From the human T2T-CHM13v2.0 reference genome, Homo sapiens, in assembly GCF_009914755.1 (NCBI RefSeq), contig NC_060947.1: DNA of 64,000 nt. One strand, written 5' to 3'. Both the position numbers and the translations under genes were made by a program. The number at the start of each line of letters is the position of its first letter. The stretch's first letter is position 1. The notes under the pieces are model-generated. The model was given only the letters and a program-made list of their open reading frames with translations. It was not told the origin of the DNA and did not search any database. This document shows positions 24,463 to 45,029 of this stretch, piece by piece.

Positions 24463-25249
24463 ATTGTTCACGTACATAATTCCATTTGCTAATGGTCAAA
24501 ATACTTGACCAGGAACCAGGAGTATAGGAAATTCATTTATTATATGAAGTTGAAATTACTCTCTGTAGCTTCTTATCAAAAATGCAGGACTGGGAATCAG
24601 AAACTGGTGCTCTAGACCTGGGTCTCTTATGAACTCATTGTAAGAAAGTCAATTTTCCTTTCTGGGCTTCAGTTTCTTCAGGTACAGATTAAAAAATCAG
24701 ATTAGATGCTCTCTACAGGTTTTTCCATGGGTGCTGTTCTAAAGTTCCAGAATCCCAAATCCCAAACTATACTGTTAGTTTCTTAAAAACAGGAACTGTG
24801 TCCCCAAAGATTCCTTACACCAGAATCATCTGGGGCATTTTAGGCACTATTCCCAGAGCTACCAAATCATAATCTTCAAATGCAGAAGCCTGCTTTCTTG
24901 CTTACAAATACTGAATGTTGAGAACTATTACATCAAGCACATGAGTTATACAAAGTACTGGTCGATAAACCACTGTTGATTGTTAAAATGGCTGTGGCGG
25001 CCAATGTAGGTGGTTTAATTGAATAAATCATTAAAGTTGGATAAAATAATGCAGTAATGGATTTTTTTCAATACACAAAAACATAATTAAGAAAGTACGG
25101 AAATAATCAAAAAGCAGCAGCAGCTCTTAAGTACCACAACTATCAGCAAAAACTCTATACTTTAAAATTATATTGGATCCTTTATTTATGGCAAATACAA
25201 CTCTAATATTTGTGCTTTTTATGATTAACCAAGTCTAATTTTGTCATAA

Positions 25250-28200
25250 TTTTTTTCTTTACAGCTTTATTTTAGGTTAGGGGATACATGTGCAGGTTTG
25301 TTATGTAGGTAAATTATATGTCATGAGGGTTGGTGTACAGATATTTCGTCACCCAGGTAATAAGCATAGTACCCAAAAGGTAATTTTCCTATACTCACCC
25401 TCCTTCCACACTCTACCCTCAACTAGGCCCTGGTGTTTATTGTTCCCTTCTTTGTGTCCATGTGTACTCAATGTTCAGCTCCCACTTATAAGTGAGAACA
25501 CATAGTATTTGGTTTATTGTTCCTGTGTTAGTTTGCTCAGGATAATAGCCTCCAGCTGCATCCATGTTGCTGCAAATGACATGATCTCGTTCTTTTTTAT
25601 GACTGCATAGTATTCCATGGTGTATATGTACCACATTTATTTTATCTAATCCACTTTAATGAGCATTTAGGTTGATTCCATGTCTTTCCTATTATGAAGA
25701 GTGCTGCAATGAACATATGCATACATGTGTCTTTATGATAGAATGAGGTATATTCCTTTGGATATATATCCAATAATGGGATGCCTGGGTCAAATAGTAA
25801 TTCCATTTTAAGTTCTTTGAGAAATCACCGAACTACTTTCCACAATGGCTGAACTAATTTACATTCCCACCAGCAGTGTATGAGATAGTTGTAGGTGTGC
25901 AGCATTATTTCTGAGCTCCGTATTCTGTTCTCTGCAACCTGACCAGCAGCTGTTATAATTTGACTTTTTAATAATAGCCATTCGGACTGATATGAGATGG
26001 TATCTCATTGTGGTTTTGATTTGCATTTCTCTAATGATCAGTGATGTTCAGCATTTTTTCATATGCTTGTTTGCCACAAAAAAATGTCTTCTTTTGAGGA
26101 GTGTCTGTTCATGTCTGTTGCCTATTTTTTAATTGGGTTGTTTTTTGCTTGTGAATTTGTTTAGGTTCCTTATAGATGCTGGATATTAGACCCTTGTTGG
26201 ATGCACACCTTACAAATATTTTCTTCCATTCTGTAGACTGTTTACTCCCTTGATAGTTTCTTTTGCTGTGCAGAAGCTCTTTCATTTTATTAGGTCTCAT
26301 TTGTCAATTTTTGGTTTTGTTGCAATTGCTTTTCATGTCTTCATCATGAAATCTTTGCCAGGTCCTATGTCTAGAATGATATTTTCTAGATTATCTTCCA
26401 GGGTTTTTGTAGTTTTAGGTTTGACATGTAAGTTTTTAATCCACCTTCCCAGCACCATTTATTGAATAGGGATTTCTGTCCCCATTGCTTGTTTTTGTCA
26501 ATGCTGTGAAAGATCAGATGTTTGTAGATCTGTGGCATTATTTCTGGGCTCTCTATTCGGTTCCCTTGGTCTAGGTGTCTATTTCTGTACCGGTACCATG
26601 CTGTTTTGGTTACTACAGCCCCATAGTATAGTTTGAAGTCAGGTAGTGTGATGTCTCTAGCTTTGTTCTTTTTGCTTAGGATTACCTTGGCTATTTGGGC
26701 TCTTTTGGGGTTCCATATACATTTTAAAATAGTTTTTTTCTAGTTCAGTAAAGAATGTCATTGGTAGTTTGATAAGAATAGCATTGAATCTGTAAATTGC
26801 TTTTGGAAGTATGGCCATTTTAACAATATTGATTCTTCCTATCCATGTGCATGGAATTTTTTTCATTTGTTTGTGTCATCTCTGATTTCTTTGAGCAGTG
26901 TGTTGTAATGCTTATTGTAGAGCTCTTTCACCACCCTGGTTAGCTGTATTCACAGGTATTTTACTCTTTTATGGCTATCGTGAATGGGATTGCGTTTTTG
27001 ATTTGGCTCTCAGCTTGGATGTTGTTGGTGTATGATGCTACTGATTTTTGTACATTAATTTTGTATCCTGAAACTTTGCTGAAGTTTTAAAATCAGATCA
27101 AGGAACTTTTGGGCAGAGACTTTTCTGGGTATAGAATCATATTGTCTGCAAACAGAGATAGTTAGACTCCCTATCTTCTGATTGGTATGCCTTTTATATC
27201 TTTCTCTTGCCTGATTGCTCTGGCTAGGACTTCAGTACCATGTTTAATAGGAGTAGTGAGAGAGGGCATCCATGTCTTGTTCTGCCTTTCAAGGAGAATG
27301 CTTCCAGCTTTTGCCCATTCAGTATGCTATTGGCTATGGGTTTTTTCACAGATAGTCCTTATTATTTTGAAGTATGTTCCTTCAATGCCTAGTTTGGGTG
27401 GTGGCTTATACCTGTAGTCCTTCATTTTAATGAAATAATGTTGATTTTTATCAAAAGGCTTTTATGCATCTACTGAGACAATTATGTGTGTTTTTGTTTT
27501 TAGTTCTACTTATGTGGTGAATCACATTTATTAATTTGCATATGCTGAACCAACCTTGCATTCCAGGCATAAAGTCTACTTGATCATGGTGGATTCAATT
27601 TTTGATATGCTACTGGATTTGGTTTGCTACATTTTATTGAGGATTTTTGCATCTACGTTCCTCAAGGATATAGGCCACAAGTTTTCTTTTTTGTTGTGTA
27701 CCAGGTTTTGGTATCAGGATGATGCTGGTTCTCACAGAATGAGTTAGGGAGGAGTCCTTCCTCCTCAGTTATTTGGAATAGTTGCAGTAGGAATGGTACC
27801 AGTTCTTCTTTATATATCTGGTAGAATTTGGCTGTGAATTAATTTGTTCCTAGACTTTTTCGGATTGGTAGGCTTTTTTTTACTGATTCAATTTTGGAAC
27901 TTGTTATTGGTCTGTTCAGGGATTCAATTTCTTCCTGGTTCAGTCTTAGGAAGTCGCAAGTTTCAAGGAATTTATCCATTTCTTCTAGGTTTTCTAGTTT
28001 GTATGCATAGAGATGTTCATAGTAGTCTCTGAGGGTTTTCTGTATTTCTCTGGGGTCAGCAGTAACATGTTCTTTGTTATTTCTGATTGTGTTTATTTGG
28101 ATCTTCTCTTTTTTTCTGTATTAGAATAACTAGTGGTCTATCCATCTTATTCATTCTTTCAAAGAACACACTCCTGGACTTAATCTTTTGTATGTTTTTT

Positions 28201-28480
28201 TGCATCTCAATTTCCTTCAGTTCAGCTCTGATTTTTGTTATTTCTTGTCTTTTGCTAGCTTTGGGGTTGGTTTCCTCTTGGTTCTCTAGTTCCCCTAGGT
28301 GTGACATTAGGTTGTTAATTTGAGATCTGTGTAACTTTTTGACTTGGGCATTTAGTGCTACAAACTTCCCTCTTAACACTCTTTAGCCATGTCCCAGAGA
28401 TTCTGGTATTTGTATCTTTGTTCTCATTACTTTCAAGAAATTTCTTTATTTCTGCCTTAATTTCATTATTTACCCAAAAG
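25250..28480 (-). mobile_element. Older L1PA (about L1PA13-16), 3' 3.2 kb
   Basis: 3' end tttattttaggttaggggatacatgtgcagg; frameshifted ORF2 peptides ([29 protein letters not shown]). Confidence 0.9.
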
Positions 28481-28595
28481 ACATGCAGAAGAATACAACC
28501 TTAATATTTGGGCCATGCTTTTAGTAGTATCATGCCTCAAAAGTATTAATTGCACTGGGCTTGGAGGAAAGTAAAGAAAAAAATGTTTCTAATTC

Positions 28596-29432
28596 TTGCG
28601 ATAGTTTACTGAGAATGATGGTTTCCAATTTCATCCATGTCCCTACAAAGGACATGAACTCATCATTTTTTATGGCTGCATAGTATTCCATGGTGTATAT
28701 GTGCCACATTTTCTTAATCCAGTCTATCATTGTTGGACATTTGGGTTGGTTCCAAGTCTTTGCTATTGTGAATAGTGCTGCAATAAACATACGTGTGCAT
28801 GTGTCTTTATAGCAGCATGATTTATAGTCCTTTGGGTATATACCCAGTAATGGGATGGCTGGGTCAAATGGTATTTCTAGTTCTAGATCCCTGAGGAATC
28901 GCCACACTGACTTCCACAATGGTTGAACTAGTTTACAGTCCCACCAACAGTGTAAAAGTGTTCCTATTTCTCCACATCCTCTCCAGCACCTGTTGTTTCC
29001 TGACTTTTTAATGATTGCCATTCTAACTGGTGTGAGATGATATCTCATAGTGGTTTTGATTTGCATTTCTCTGATGGCCAGTGATGATGAGCATTTCTTC
29101 ATGTGTTTTAACAAAAAACCAAACACCGCATATTCTCACTCATAGGTGGGAATTGAACAATGAGATCACATGGACACAGGAAGGGGAATATCACACTCTG
29201 GGGACTGTGGTGGGGTCGGGGGAGGGGGGAGGGATAGCATTGGGAGATATACCTAATGCTAGATGACACGTTAGTGGGTGCAGCGCACCAGCATGGCACA
29301 TGTATACATATGTAACTAACCTGCACAATGTGCACATGTACCCTAAAACTTAGAGTATAATAAAAAAAAAAAAATTAAAAAAAAAAAATTAAAAAAAAAA
29401 ATTAAAAAAAAAAATAAATTAAAAAAAAAAAA
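28596..29432 (+). mobile_element. L1HS pre-Ta, 5'-truncated and 5'-inverted (inverted 28596-29109, sense 29110 to tail)
   Basis: Diagnostic ACG at 29268-29270 and G at 29353; TSD aaaaaaatgtttctaattc at 28577-28595 and ~29426-29444; long patterned A tail. Confidence 0.93.
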
Positions 29433-29455
29433 TGTTTCTAATTCAAGAAACAGAA

Positions 29456-30443
29456 ACCAGGTGTGGTGGCCCACACCTGTAATACCAACACTTTGGGAGG
29501 TCAATGTGGGAAGATCTTTTGAGGTCAGGAGTTTGAGATCAGCCTGGGCAAGACAGTGAGACCCTATCTCTAAAAAATAATTTTAAAAATCAGCCACGTG
29601 TGGTGGCTTATACCTGTAGTCCCAGCTACTCAGGAGGCTCAGGCAGGAGGATCATGTGATCATGTGAGCCCAGGAGTTTGAAAGTTTGAAGTTACAATGA
29701 GCTATGATCACATCACTGCATTCCAGCCTGGGTAGCAGAGTAAGACCACGTCTTTAAAAAAAAAAAAAAAAAGAAAGAAAGAAAGAAAGAAAACATGCAG
29801 TGATTGTATTGCCTCTTTACTAAAACCAAGCACTTCACTCTGCTTTTTCAGGTAGGATTTCTTGGCCTACTCCTTGACATAATTACTAAAAACTAGGCTA
29901 TCTGGTTTTCTAAGCATCAACAGGATGCTAACAAACCATTGTAAAGAGGACACGGGACATAAGAACTAACACTGGCTGGGCACAGTGGCTCATACTGGGA
30001 GGCTGAGGCGGGCGGATCACAAGGTCAGGGGTTCGAAACCAGCCTGACCAACATGGTGAAACCCCATCTCTACTAAAAATACAAAAATTAGCTGGGCGTG
30101 GTGGCATGTGCCTGTAATCCCAGCTACTCCGGAGGCTGAGGCAGGAGAATGGCTTGAACCCAGGACACGGAAGTTGCAGTGAGCTGAGATCGCACCATTG
30201 CACTACAGCCTGGGTGAAGAGTGAGACTCCATCTCAAAAAAAAAAAAAAAAAAAAAATTCGAATGAATATAATGAACATGTGCTTAAGAATTTTTTGTGG
30301 TTTTTTTTTTTGTCTGTTTGTTTGTTTTAGAGATAGAGTCTCACTGTGTGGCCATGGCTGGCCTTTAACTCCTGGGCTCAAGAGATCCTTCTGTATCAGC
30401 CACCCAAGTAGCTGGGACTACAGGCATGTGCCATGGCATGCAA
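29456..30443. mobile_element. Alu cluster: AluJ (+, 29456-29795), AluS (+, 29974-30256), Alu monomer (-, ~30300-30443)
   Basis: Alu arms, middle A-rich linkers and A tails. Confidence 0.9.
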
Positions 30444-30999
30444 CCGTGAATTTTCTTTATGATGACCAAAAGTCACAAAGAAATGGGACTATTCTGTTTA
30501 AAAAAATCCTTGTTTAGGATTATAAGAAAATATGCAATACATTTTTAGAAAACTATATTATCAGAGTTAAAATGTAAAAGGCTTTAACACTTGAAGCGGT
30601 AAGGTTAATTTATTTAGAACCTTCATCTTATTTAGAATCTATCATGGCCCAGTGAAATGAAATACATGAGGAGTTAACAAAACAGAACTGGTTTTATTTT
30701 CCATTTTGGAAGAAAGAACAAAAAGAGTCTTATATACCAAGATTCTAAGGATATACAAGCCCAGTTCTGCAGCCTCAGCCCCAGAGATTACTGTAAAAAT
30801 GCTGATATAAGATGAAAAGACTCAGAGTACATTAAGATAATCAACACTGCAAAAATAATTAGGAATACTTCCTACTTCAAGATGCATGCTTCCAAGAATA
30901 TAGGACAATAGCCAAATGTAAAACCAAAAAAAAAAAGTCACTACCAAGGAATAAAATACCTTGGGTAATATTGAAATATTGCAGGGCTAAGAGGTCATT

Positions 31000-32830
31000 T
31001 CTAGTAATGATATTCCTTGGATTAGAAGGGATTTTAAAGTCTAAAAGGAGTTCAACATTGCTGAACACAGTTTGGTGGCAGAAAGACTAAGAAATAAGGC
31101 TAGCAAGGTGGGTAGAAGCTGGGTCCTAATGGGTTTTATAAAATCATGTTAAAGAGTTTGTACCTTATTGTAGGGACAACAGAAAACCATGAAAGGGCTC
31201 TAAATAGGGTAGGTATGGTCAAACATGCATTACAGAAAAAAATAGTTACAGAGTGGAGGTTAGTTTGGATGGAAACAAGATTTTAGGAAGTAAGACAAGG
31301 TTTGCACAGTGGTCCAAGTGAGAGACAACATCAGATTAAACTAGGGTGCTAGCAGAAAAGTTGGAAAAAAGTAGATGAATCCAAGAGATGTGGGAGGTAG
31401 AAATGACAAATCTTGGTGATTGATTCAATCTGGAGAGTAAAGGGTAGAAAACTGGCAAAAATGATTCCAAGTTTCTGACTTGAGCAACTGGGTACACAGT
31501 GGTACCACTGACTGAAACAGGAAAAAAATGGAAGAGGAATATTTTTGTCTGTTTGTTGTTTGTTTTGTTATGTTTGTTCTTTAGGATGGGGGAGGGAGAT
31601 GAAGCTAATTAAATACATTGGACATGCTTAGTTTAAGAAGTGTGTGGAATAGCCAAGTGGGCATGTTCAGTAGACAGTTGGATATAGAAGTCTGACATTC
31701 AAGAGAAGTCTAGAATGAAGATTGAGATGGGAGTCATTGGCATTTACATATATAAGGTAACTACATCATAGAAATGGATTACATCACTCAGGGGATCTGT
31801 AGGGTAAGAAGTGTGCCTAGAACAAAACAAGGAAAAACACAAACACCTGAGGGGTGAACAAAAGAAGACTAAAAAGGATCTTTATATCACAAAGGTCTTT
31901 GATGTACCTGTGTAGTATTGTGGAAAATATTGCAGAAAGCATAGTCATAAAAGTATAAAGAAAACCAGATGTAGTATTTATTATTGGTATAATACTATTC
32001 TCGGATCCCTTTACTGGGCCAGTGAAATCATCCTGCAGCTACTTTGGAAAATTACTATCTGTTGCAGGGAGTCGCCTCACCTAAAATATCTGGAAGACTA
32101 TGCCTTTCTCCAGGGGATCCACAGGCAAAGACTAATTGAGGTGAGAGTACACAAGCTTGGGTCCCTTGCCTCAAAGTAGGACAAATCTTTTAGTGCCATT
32201 TATGCCCCACTTCTCCTCATGAGGTCAAATTGAGGCTACACCTTTGCTTTACTTCTTCTCTTTCCCTATCTTCCTTCCCTTACTTCCTTACAGGTTTCTG
32301 TTGAAAGTGACCTCTCAATAAATCATTTGCTCAAGAATCCTTGTTTCATACTCTGTTTCTAGAGAACCCAATCAAAACACCAGAGAATTATAGTGTCTCT
32401 GAAGCCAAAAAGAATTATTATTAAACTATATATTTATATTTTATGCATGTTTCTACATGTATTTTTATTTCATAATAAAATGAAGTCAAGGATGGAGAAG
32501 TCAACAATATTGGAACGTAAGAACAGAGAAGTGTTCATTTCAGCAACAGAACCAACATTGGCCATCTTGGCTGCAGAAGTTGCCTTAGAGTCTGGGGTTG
32601 GAAGTCAGATGGCAGCAAGTGAATGAAAGGGTGAGAGGTAAATAGATGCAATGAAGCATACCACTCCTTCAAGAAATATGGCTATGAAGGGGAGCAAATA
32701 ATTAAGGCAGTATCTGGAGGGAAGATTTTTAAATTTAAGATGAGTGATTCCTAAACATTATCATGTTTAAATGCTATGGAGCCACACAGCCAATAAAAAG
32801 GAAAAGGTTGAAGATCTAAGAGAGGAGAGA
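31000..32830 (-). mobile_element. L2 remnants with nested LTR16-like solo LTR (~32020-32378)
   Basis: L2 antisense motifs (cagtagacagttggatatagaagtctg); LTR end caataaatcatttgctcaagaatcc...gagaacccaatcaaaaca. Confidence 0.65.
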
Positions 32831-33093
32831 TAAAATTGAGGGCAAAAGAACTATTTTTAAGATATTACAGAGGTGATTCAAGCCTGGGCCAGGGTGTTGT
32901 CTAAGAAAAAGAAACTTTGAGATCTCTTTCTACTTTGAGAGTCTGAGCCTATGACTTTTTTCTAAATATAATGTAATGTATAAGTATCAGAGACCAGAGT
33001 ACTTGGGTTCATCTGGGGGAAAACATCAGAAGTTTTGGTCTGAGGCAAACATTTATCACAGTCTTCTTTCATCCTAAGAGTTAGGGGTTCTTA

Positions 33094-33276
<183 letters not shown>

Positions 33277-34479
33277 TTAGATAAGGGATAAGAGGTAGAG
33301 AGTAGAAAACAAAGGGAGAGAGGAGAAAGAGGTAAAAAAGAGAGAAAGAGATGTTATTAAACTCTATTAGAGCCATTTAACTTCTCTAGTGTCTAGTTAC
33401 TCAGTGCTTAATTCAACAGTCCCCTTTTCCCAGCTTGTCAATGCCACCAAAATCGCCCCCAATATACCCTTCTCCTAAATATACCAGAGCCCATCCAAGA
33501 AAGGATGCACAGTGTAGCACAAACAGCCCTAAGTCAGTAATCAGGAGTCTGAGGTTACTGCAACATCTCTTTCCTTGGCTTCACCCTATGTGATTAGGTG
33601 AATCACAGAACTTCCCTCAGCTTGGGTTACCTCTTATAATCTAAGATCTTAAAAATATTCTCTCATGTCTTCATTTTATTTCCCTCCAATTCCCTGTTTG
33701 ATCTTTAGTGTTACAAAGTCCTTTGCCTTGGTTAACTGTGTAATATCGTAGAGAATCCTACTATCCTAGTATATTAAGACCTGGAGTCTTTTTATAGCAT
33801 TTTTGGGATTGATTCTCAGCTTCATAGAGTTAAACAATTTTCCAAAAGATTAAATGGCCTGAAGTGGATAGACTGTTTCCTCTAAATTAGGTTGAGAAAA
33901 TACTGAATAATGAGACATCATGGCTCTTGAATAAGAATGCAGTATTTCCCCATAAAGAGATATTTGAAAGCAAACTTGTTCCTTTAGATAGGGGACACAA
34001 CAAAAAGAGAAATCCAAGCCTACTTCCTGACACTGAAATCTCTAAGAGGTCAGCAAATTATACTGGTGATAGAACTAGTGATATGGAGTTCCCTATAAGG
34101 AAGGCTGTTTTATGAACCCTGGATCAGTGGAGATTTACCCAAGACATGGGGTTAAGAAAGCAACCAATAAAGTGATGGTTACTTGCTACCTCTAATTTGT
34201 GTGGCTTCTTTGATTATGAGACACTGAGAACTTGAAGGAGACCTAACTCTGACCCAACAACATACCCTTTTTCAGTCATATCAGTGAATTAATTTTCAGA
34301 GAAAATGGAGGGATATATAACTGGTTTTTTTTCCAAGAAAGCTTATACAAGAGACCAATATGTAAAACAGATACACATTAAGGAGCTATTCTGGTTGGTG
34401 AGATTAAGAACAAAAGGCCTTTTAAATTCACCCCACACGCCTCAAAAAAGCAGCCACTGGATCTATATTAAGCTGTCTT

Positions 34480-36110
34480 CATGAATCTGGTATAGGCATT
34501 TGAAAAACTACAACAATGGAGAAGACAGACTTCTGACATGATGAAGTGTCAACATTAGAGACAGAGATAATCATAGTATTAGATTGCACCATATGAAATT
34601 GCCAATATTTCACAATTTTGGTTTTATCAAAGAAAGCAATTTCTTATGGTCAACCTAATATAAGAGCTGTGACATCCATGCTTCATGAACAATAAAAGAG
34701 TTGATGGACATTTTACAGGAGTATACAGGAATGGTACGGTTCAGAAAACCATAGTATATGAGTAAGAAAAGATAGTGCATGATCAGACAACTCCAAGCAT
34801 AAGTAACTTCCATGGTAAGGGCAGTAACCATGATATACGCTCAAACATTCACAGTGCTTTAGCAGACCTTAATGTTGTGTAATCATATGACAAGAATTAA
34901 TGTTCAGATAATCACGATACATGAATTGACAACTACTCTACAGGAACAGAGACACTTGGGCTAGGATATGAAGTTCAAATCATAGAAATAATCCATGGAA
35001 CATAAGACATAGCCATGATGCATGCTTAGAAAACATGAGTCCATGAGTAACAATCCTGGATGTAGGAGAAGATGGCCATGCTGTGTAAACAAAGAGATCC
35101 ATAGTGTGTGTTCAGCTATGCTATTCTACTATATCACTATGGGTTATGTTCAAATTATCATGGTAGATAAGCAGCAAACTATCATATTAAGAATAGATGG
35201 CAATTACATAGAATTAAATGCCCATGATTTGGAAAGAGAAAACTAAGACATATACTATGATACATAAAAAAGACAACAGCATTACATGAAATCATAACTA
35301 AATAAAATGTCTGTGACAGTGAAACAAAGAGCCTTCAAAAATGATCACACATCCATGTGGCTGGAGGCAAATACAGTATATGCATAGACAAACATGATAC
35401 ATGTGAAGAAGCATTTGGTACATCAATTCTTAACCATGATAAATGCACACAGAATATATGTATCATAGCAACCATACTATAGGAATTAAGTGAAATGGTT
35501 TAGGAGCAGACTGAAGTGCTATGGAATTAGATTACCATGGTGCAGGAACACAAAAGGTCATGGTCCATGAGTAGGCAGACATGGTCAAAAATTTTTCACT
35601 GTAGCAGAAAGGTAAGATACAGTTGCAAGTGACCATAGTGAAGAATTGATATCCTTTGGGTAATGATGATGACAGTGAATAAATAGCTATTTGTAGTGTA
35701 CGAACACACAAATATAACGCACATATCCATGGTGAATAAAATGAAAATTACAGTGAAGGAACATCATACGAATATTCAGACAACCATGATGTACAAGCAG
35801 AAGGTAAAACCTATTGCTGATTTTAATCAAGAAGCCAGGCTATGTTGCAAAAGTAGACAACCATAGTGTATGCTTATATAAGTACAGTACATAAAAAAAA
35901 AATGTCCTGTGAGTTTACAGTCAACCATGGCACAAATGCAGATGCCTTTGGCAGGAGCAGATTGGCTATGAAACAGGAGGAGACAACTCTTGTGCAAACT
36001 CAGATAATCATGGTGTTAGAAGAGATTATCCATGATACATGAACACATAATCATGACACGTGCTCAGGCCATTATAATATGTAATTGCATGGCCAAATTA
36101 GCAAATGATT
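34480..36110. repeat. Second block of the same degenerate 21-bp repeat
   Basis: Units start at 34836, 34857, 34878, 34899, 34920, 34941, 34962 (e.g. TACGCTCAAACATTCACAGTG, AATGTTCAGATAATCACGATA). Many ACCATG(G/A)T and CAGA(C/T)AA motifs. Confidence 0.8.
34577..34660. mobile_element. MADE2 mariner MITE inserted in the 21-bp repeat block
   Basis: tattagattgcaccatatgaaattgc ... gcaatttcttatggtcaacctaata TIRs with TA ends. Confidence 0.85.
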
Positions 36111-36339
36111 ACCAACCAATTCACCCTACTAAAGAGCTAAAGGAAGGTACAAGGAACAAACAAATAGACGAAAATATCATTTATAAACTGATGACTTGCA
36201 AATTAATATCTTCATTCCAGATATTACCTCGAATCCATATATGTATCTAGATATGGGTTCCAGGAGATAACACATATCTTAAACTCATATCGTAACTCAT
36301 AAGTAAAACTTAAACCCAGGTTAGGTTTAAGATACCTCT

Positions 36340-41700
<5,361 letters not shown>

Positions 41701-41781
41701 GCCTCCTTGAAGCCTCCCGACACTGATTCGGAAACTATGCTCAGTTCATACTTCTATCTTTTTGTGGCGTTTCTGTATACT

Positions 41782-43900
<2,119 letters not shown>

Positions 43901-44599
43901 AATTCATGCTTTTCATATCCCTCTATCATTTTCAGTATTTCACTGTTTGTGTAGATAATATATCTATCATAGTTATTTGATCTGCACAATCTCTATGACT
44001 TTCTCTTCCATTCAATCACACCCTGTATCTTATGCATAATTGCTCCTATATCACAAATATTAAACTATGGTATTTGATGTTTGACCTTATTCTGTTATTC
44101 TTCTAGTTTATAAACTTTTACTTCTACTCCACTTGCTCTTTGAAATTAGTGTTCTAGTCTGTTGATCCTTTCATTGTCACCCAGGCTCTTGGACTTGCCT
44201 AGTGTTACTTCCTTTCATTTCAAGGCTGGATCCAAAGTAAATTACTTGGACTACTCTTTCAGCACCTTGTTCATATGACCTTCCACTGTATTTGTCTAGA
44301 AACCCTATTTGGGATCAATCCACAAACAATCTGTTTTGTCTTAGACTGATGAAAGCAGCTGAAGAAAATTCCACAATAAATTCATTATTTCCAATACCAG
44401 CATTCTTCAATAATCCTTCAATTTGTCATAAACCAGTCCTCTTCCCTATTCCTCTCAACTATTTTAAACCTTTGTCATTCTTCTCAAGTTGCCTATTTAG
44501 GGAAACTAGTATATTCTTTCAGTACAAAGTCAAGATGATCAGAAGAGACAAACCACCCATATTAGACACTAGCTAATTATTAATGCCTCATTCATATCC

Positions 44600-45029
44600 C
44601 CTTGGATCTCTTCACCAGTTTCACATATCCTGACTCCATTGAGCCTTCCCGCCCAAAAGGCAGCATCTGCATTTCTTTGTCTGAGGATTAGAGCTGTCCT
44701 CAGGTTGCTGAAACTAACTTTTGCCCGTGCACACTGACAATCAGAATTGCCTGAGAATTTGAGTTTCCAAACTAGGGCAGCCCTAAACTAAGACTGACAG
44801 ATACAGAAGTACAAATAATGCAGCTCCCTGATAGGGGCAACAGTGAGGTGTGACCCACACAGTTTCCATGGTACTTTGCTTGATACATTACCCTTGCTTG
44901 GCCACCCTCACTTCCTTGCCCCACTTCCCAAAACTCTTATTTTTTTTTTCTGGGAACACTTCCCAATAAACTACCTTCATATGAATCCTAATCTCCGAGC
45001 CTGCTTGAGTGAAACCCAATTTAAGACAT
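44600..45029 (+). mobile_element. LTR16-like ERVL solo LTR within L2 sequence
   Basis: 3' end cccaataaactaccttcatatgaatcc...aacccaatttaagaca. Confidence 0.65.
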
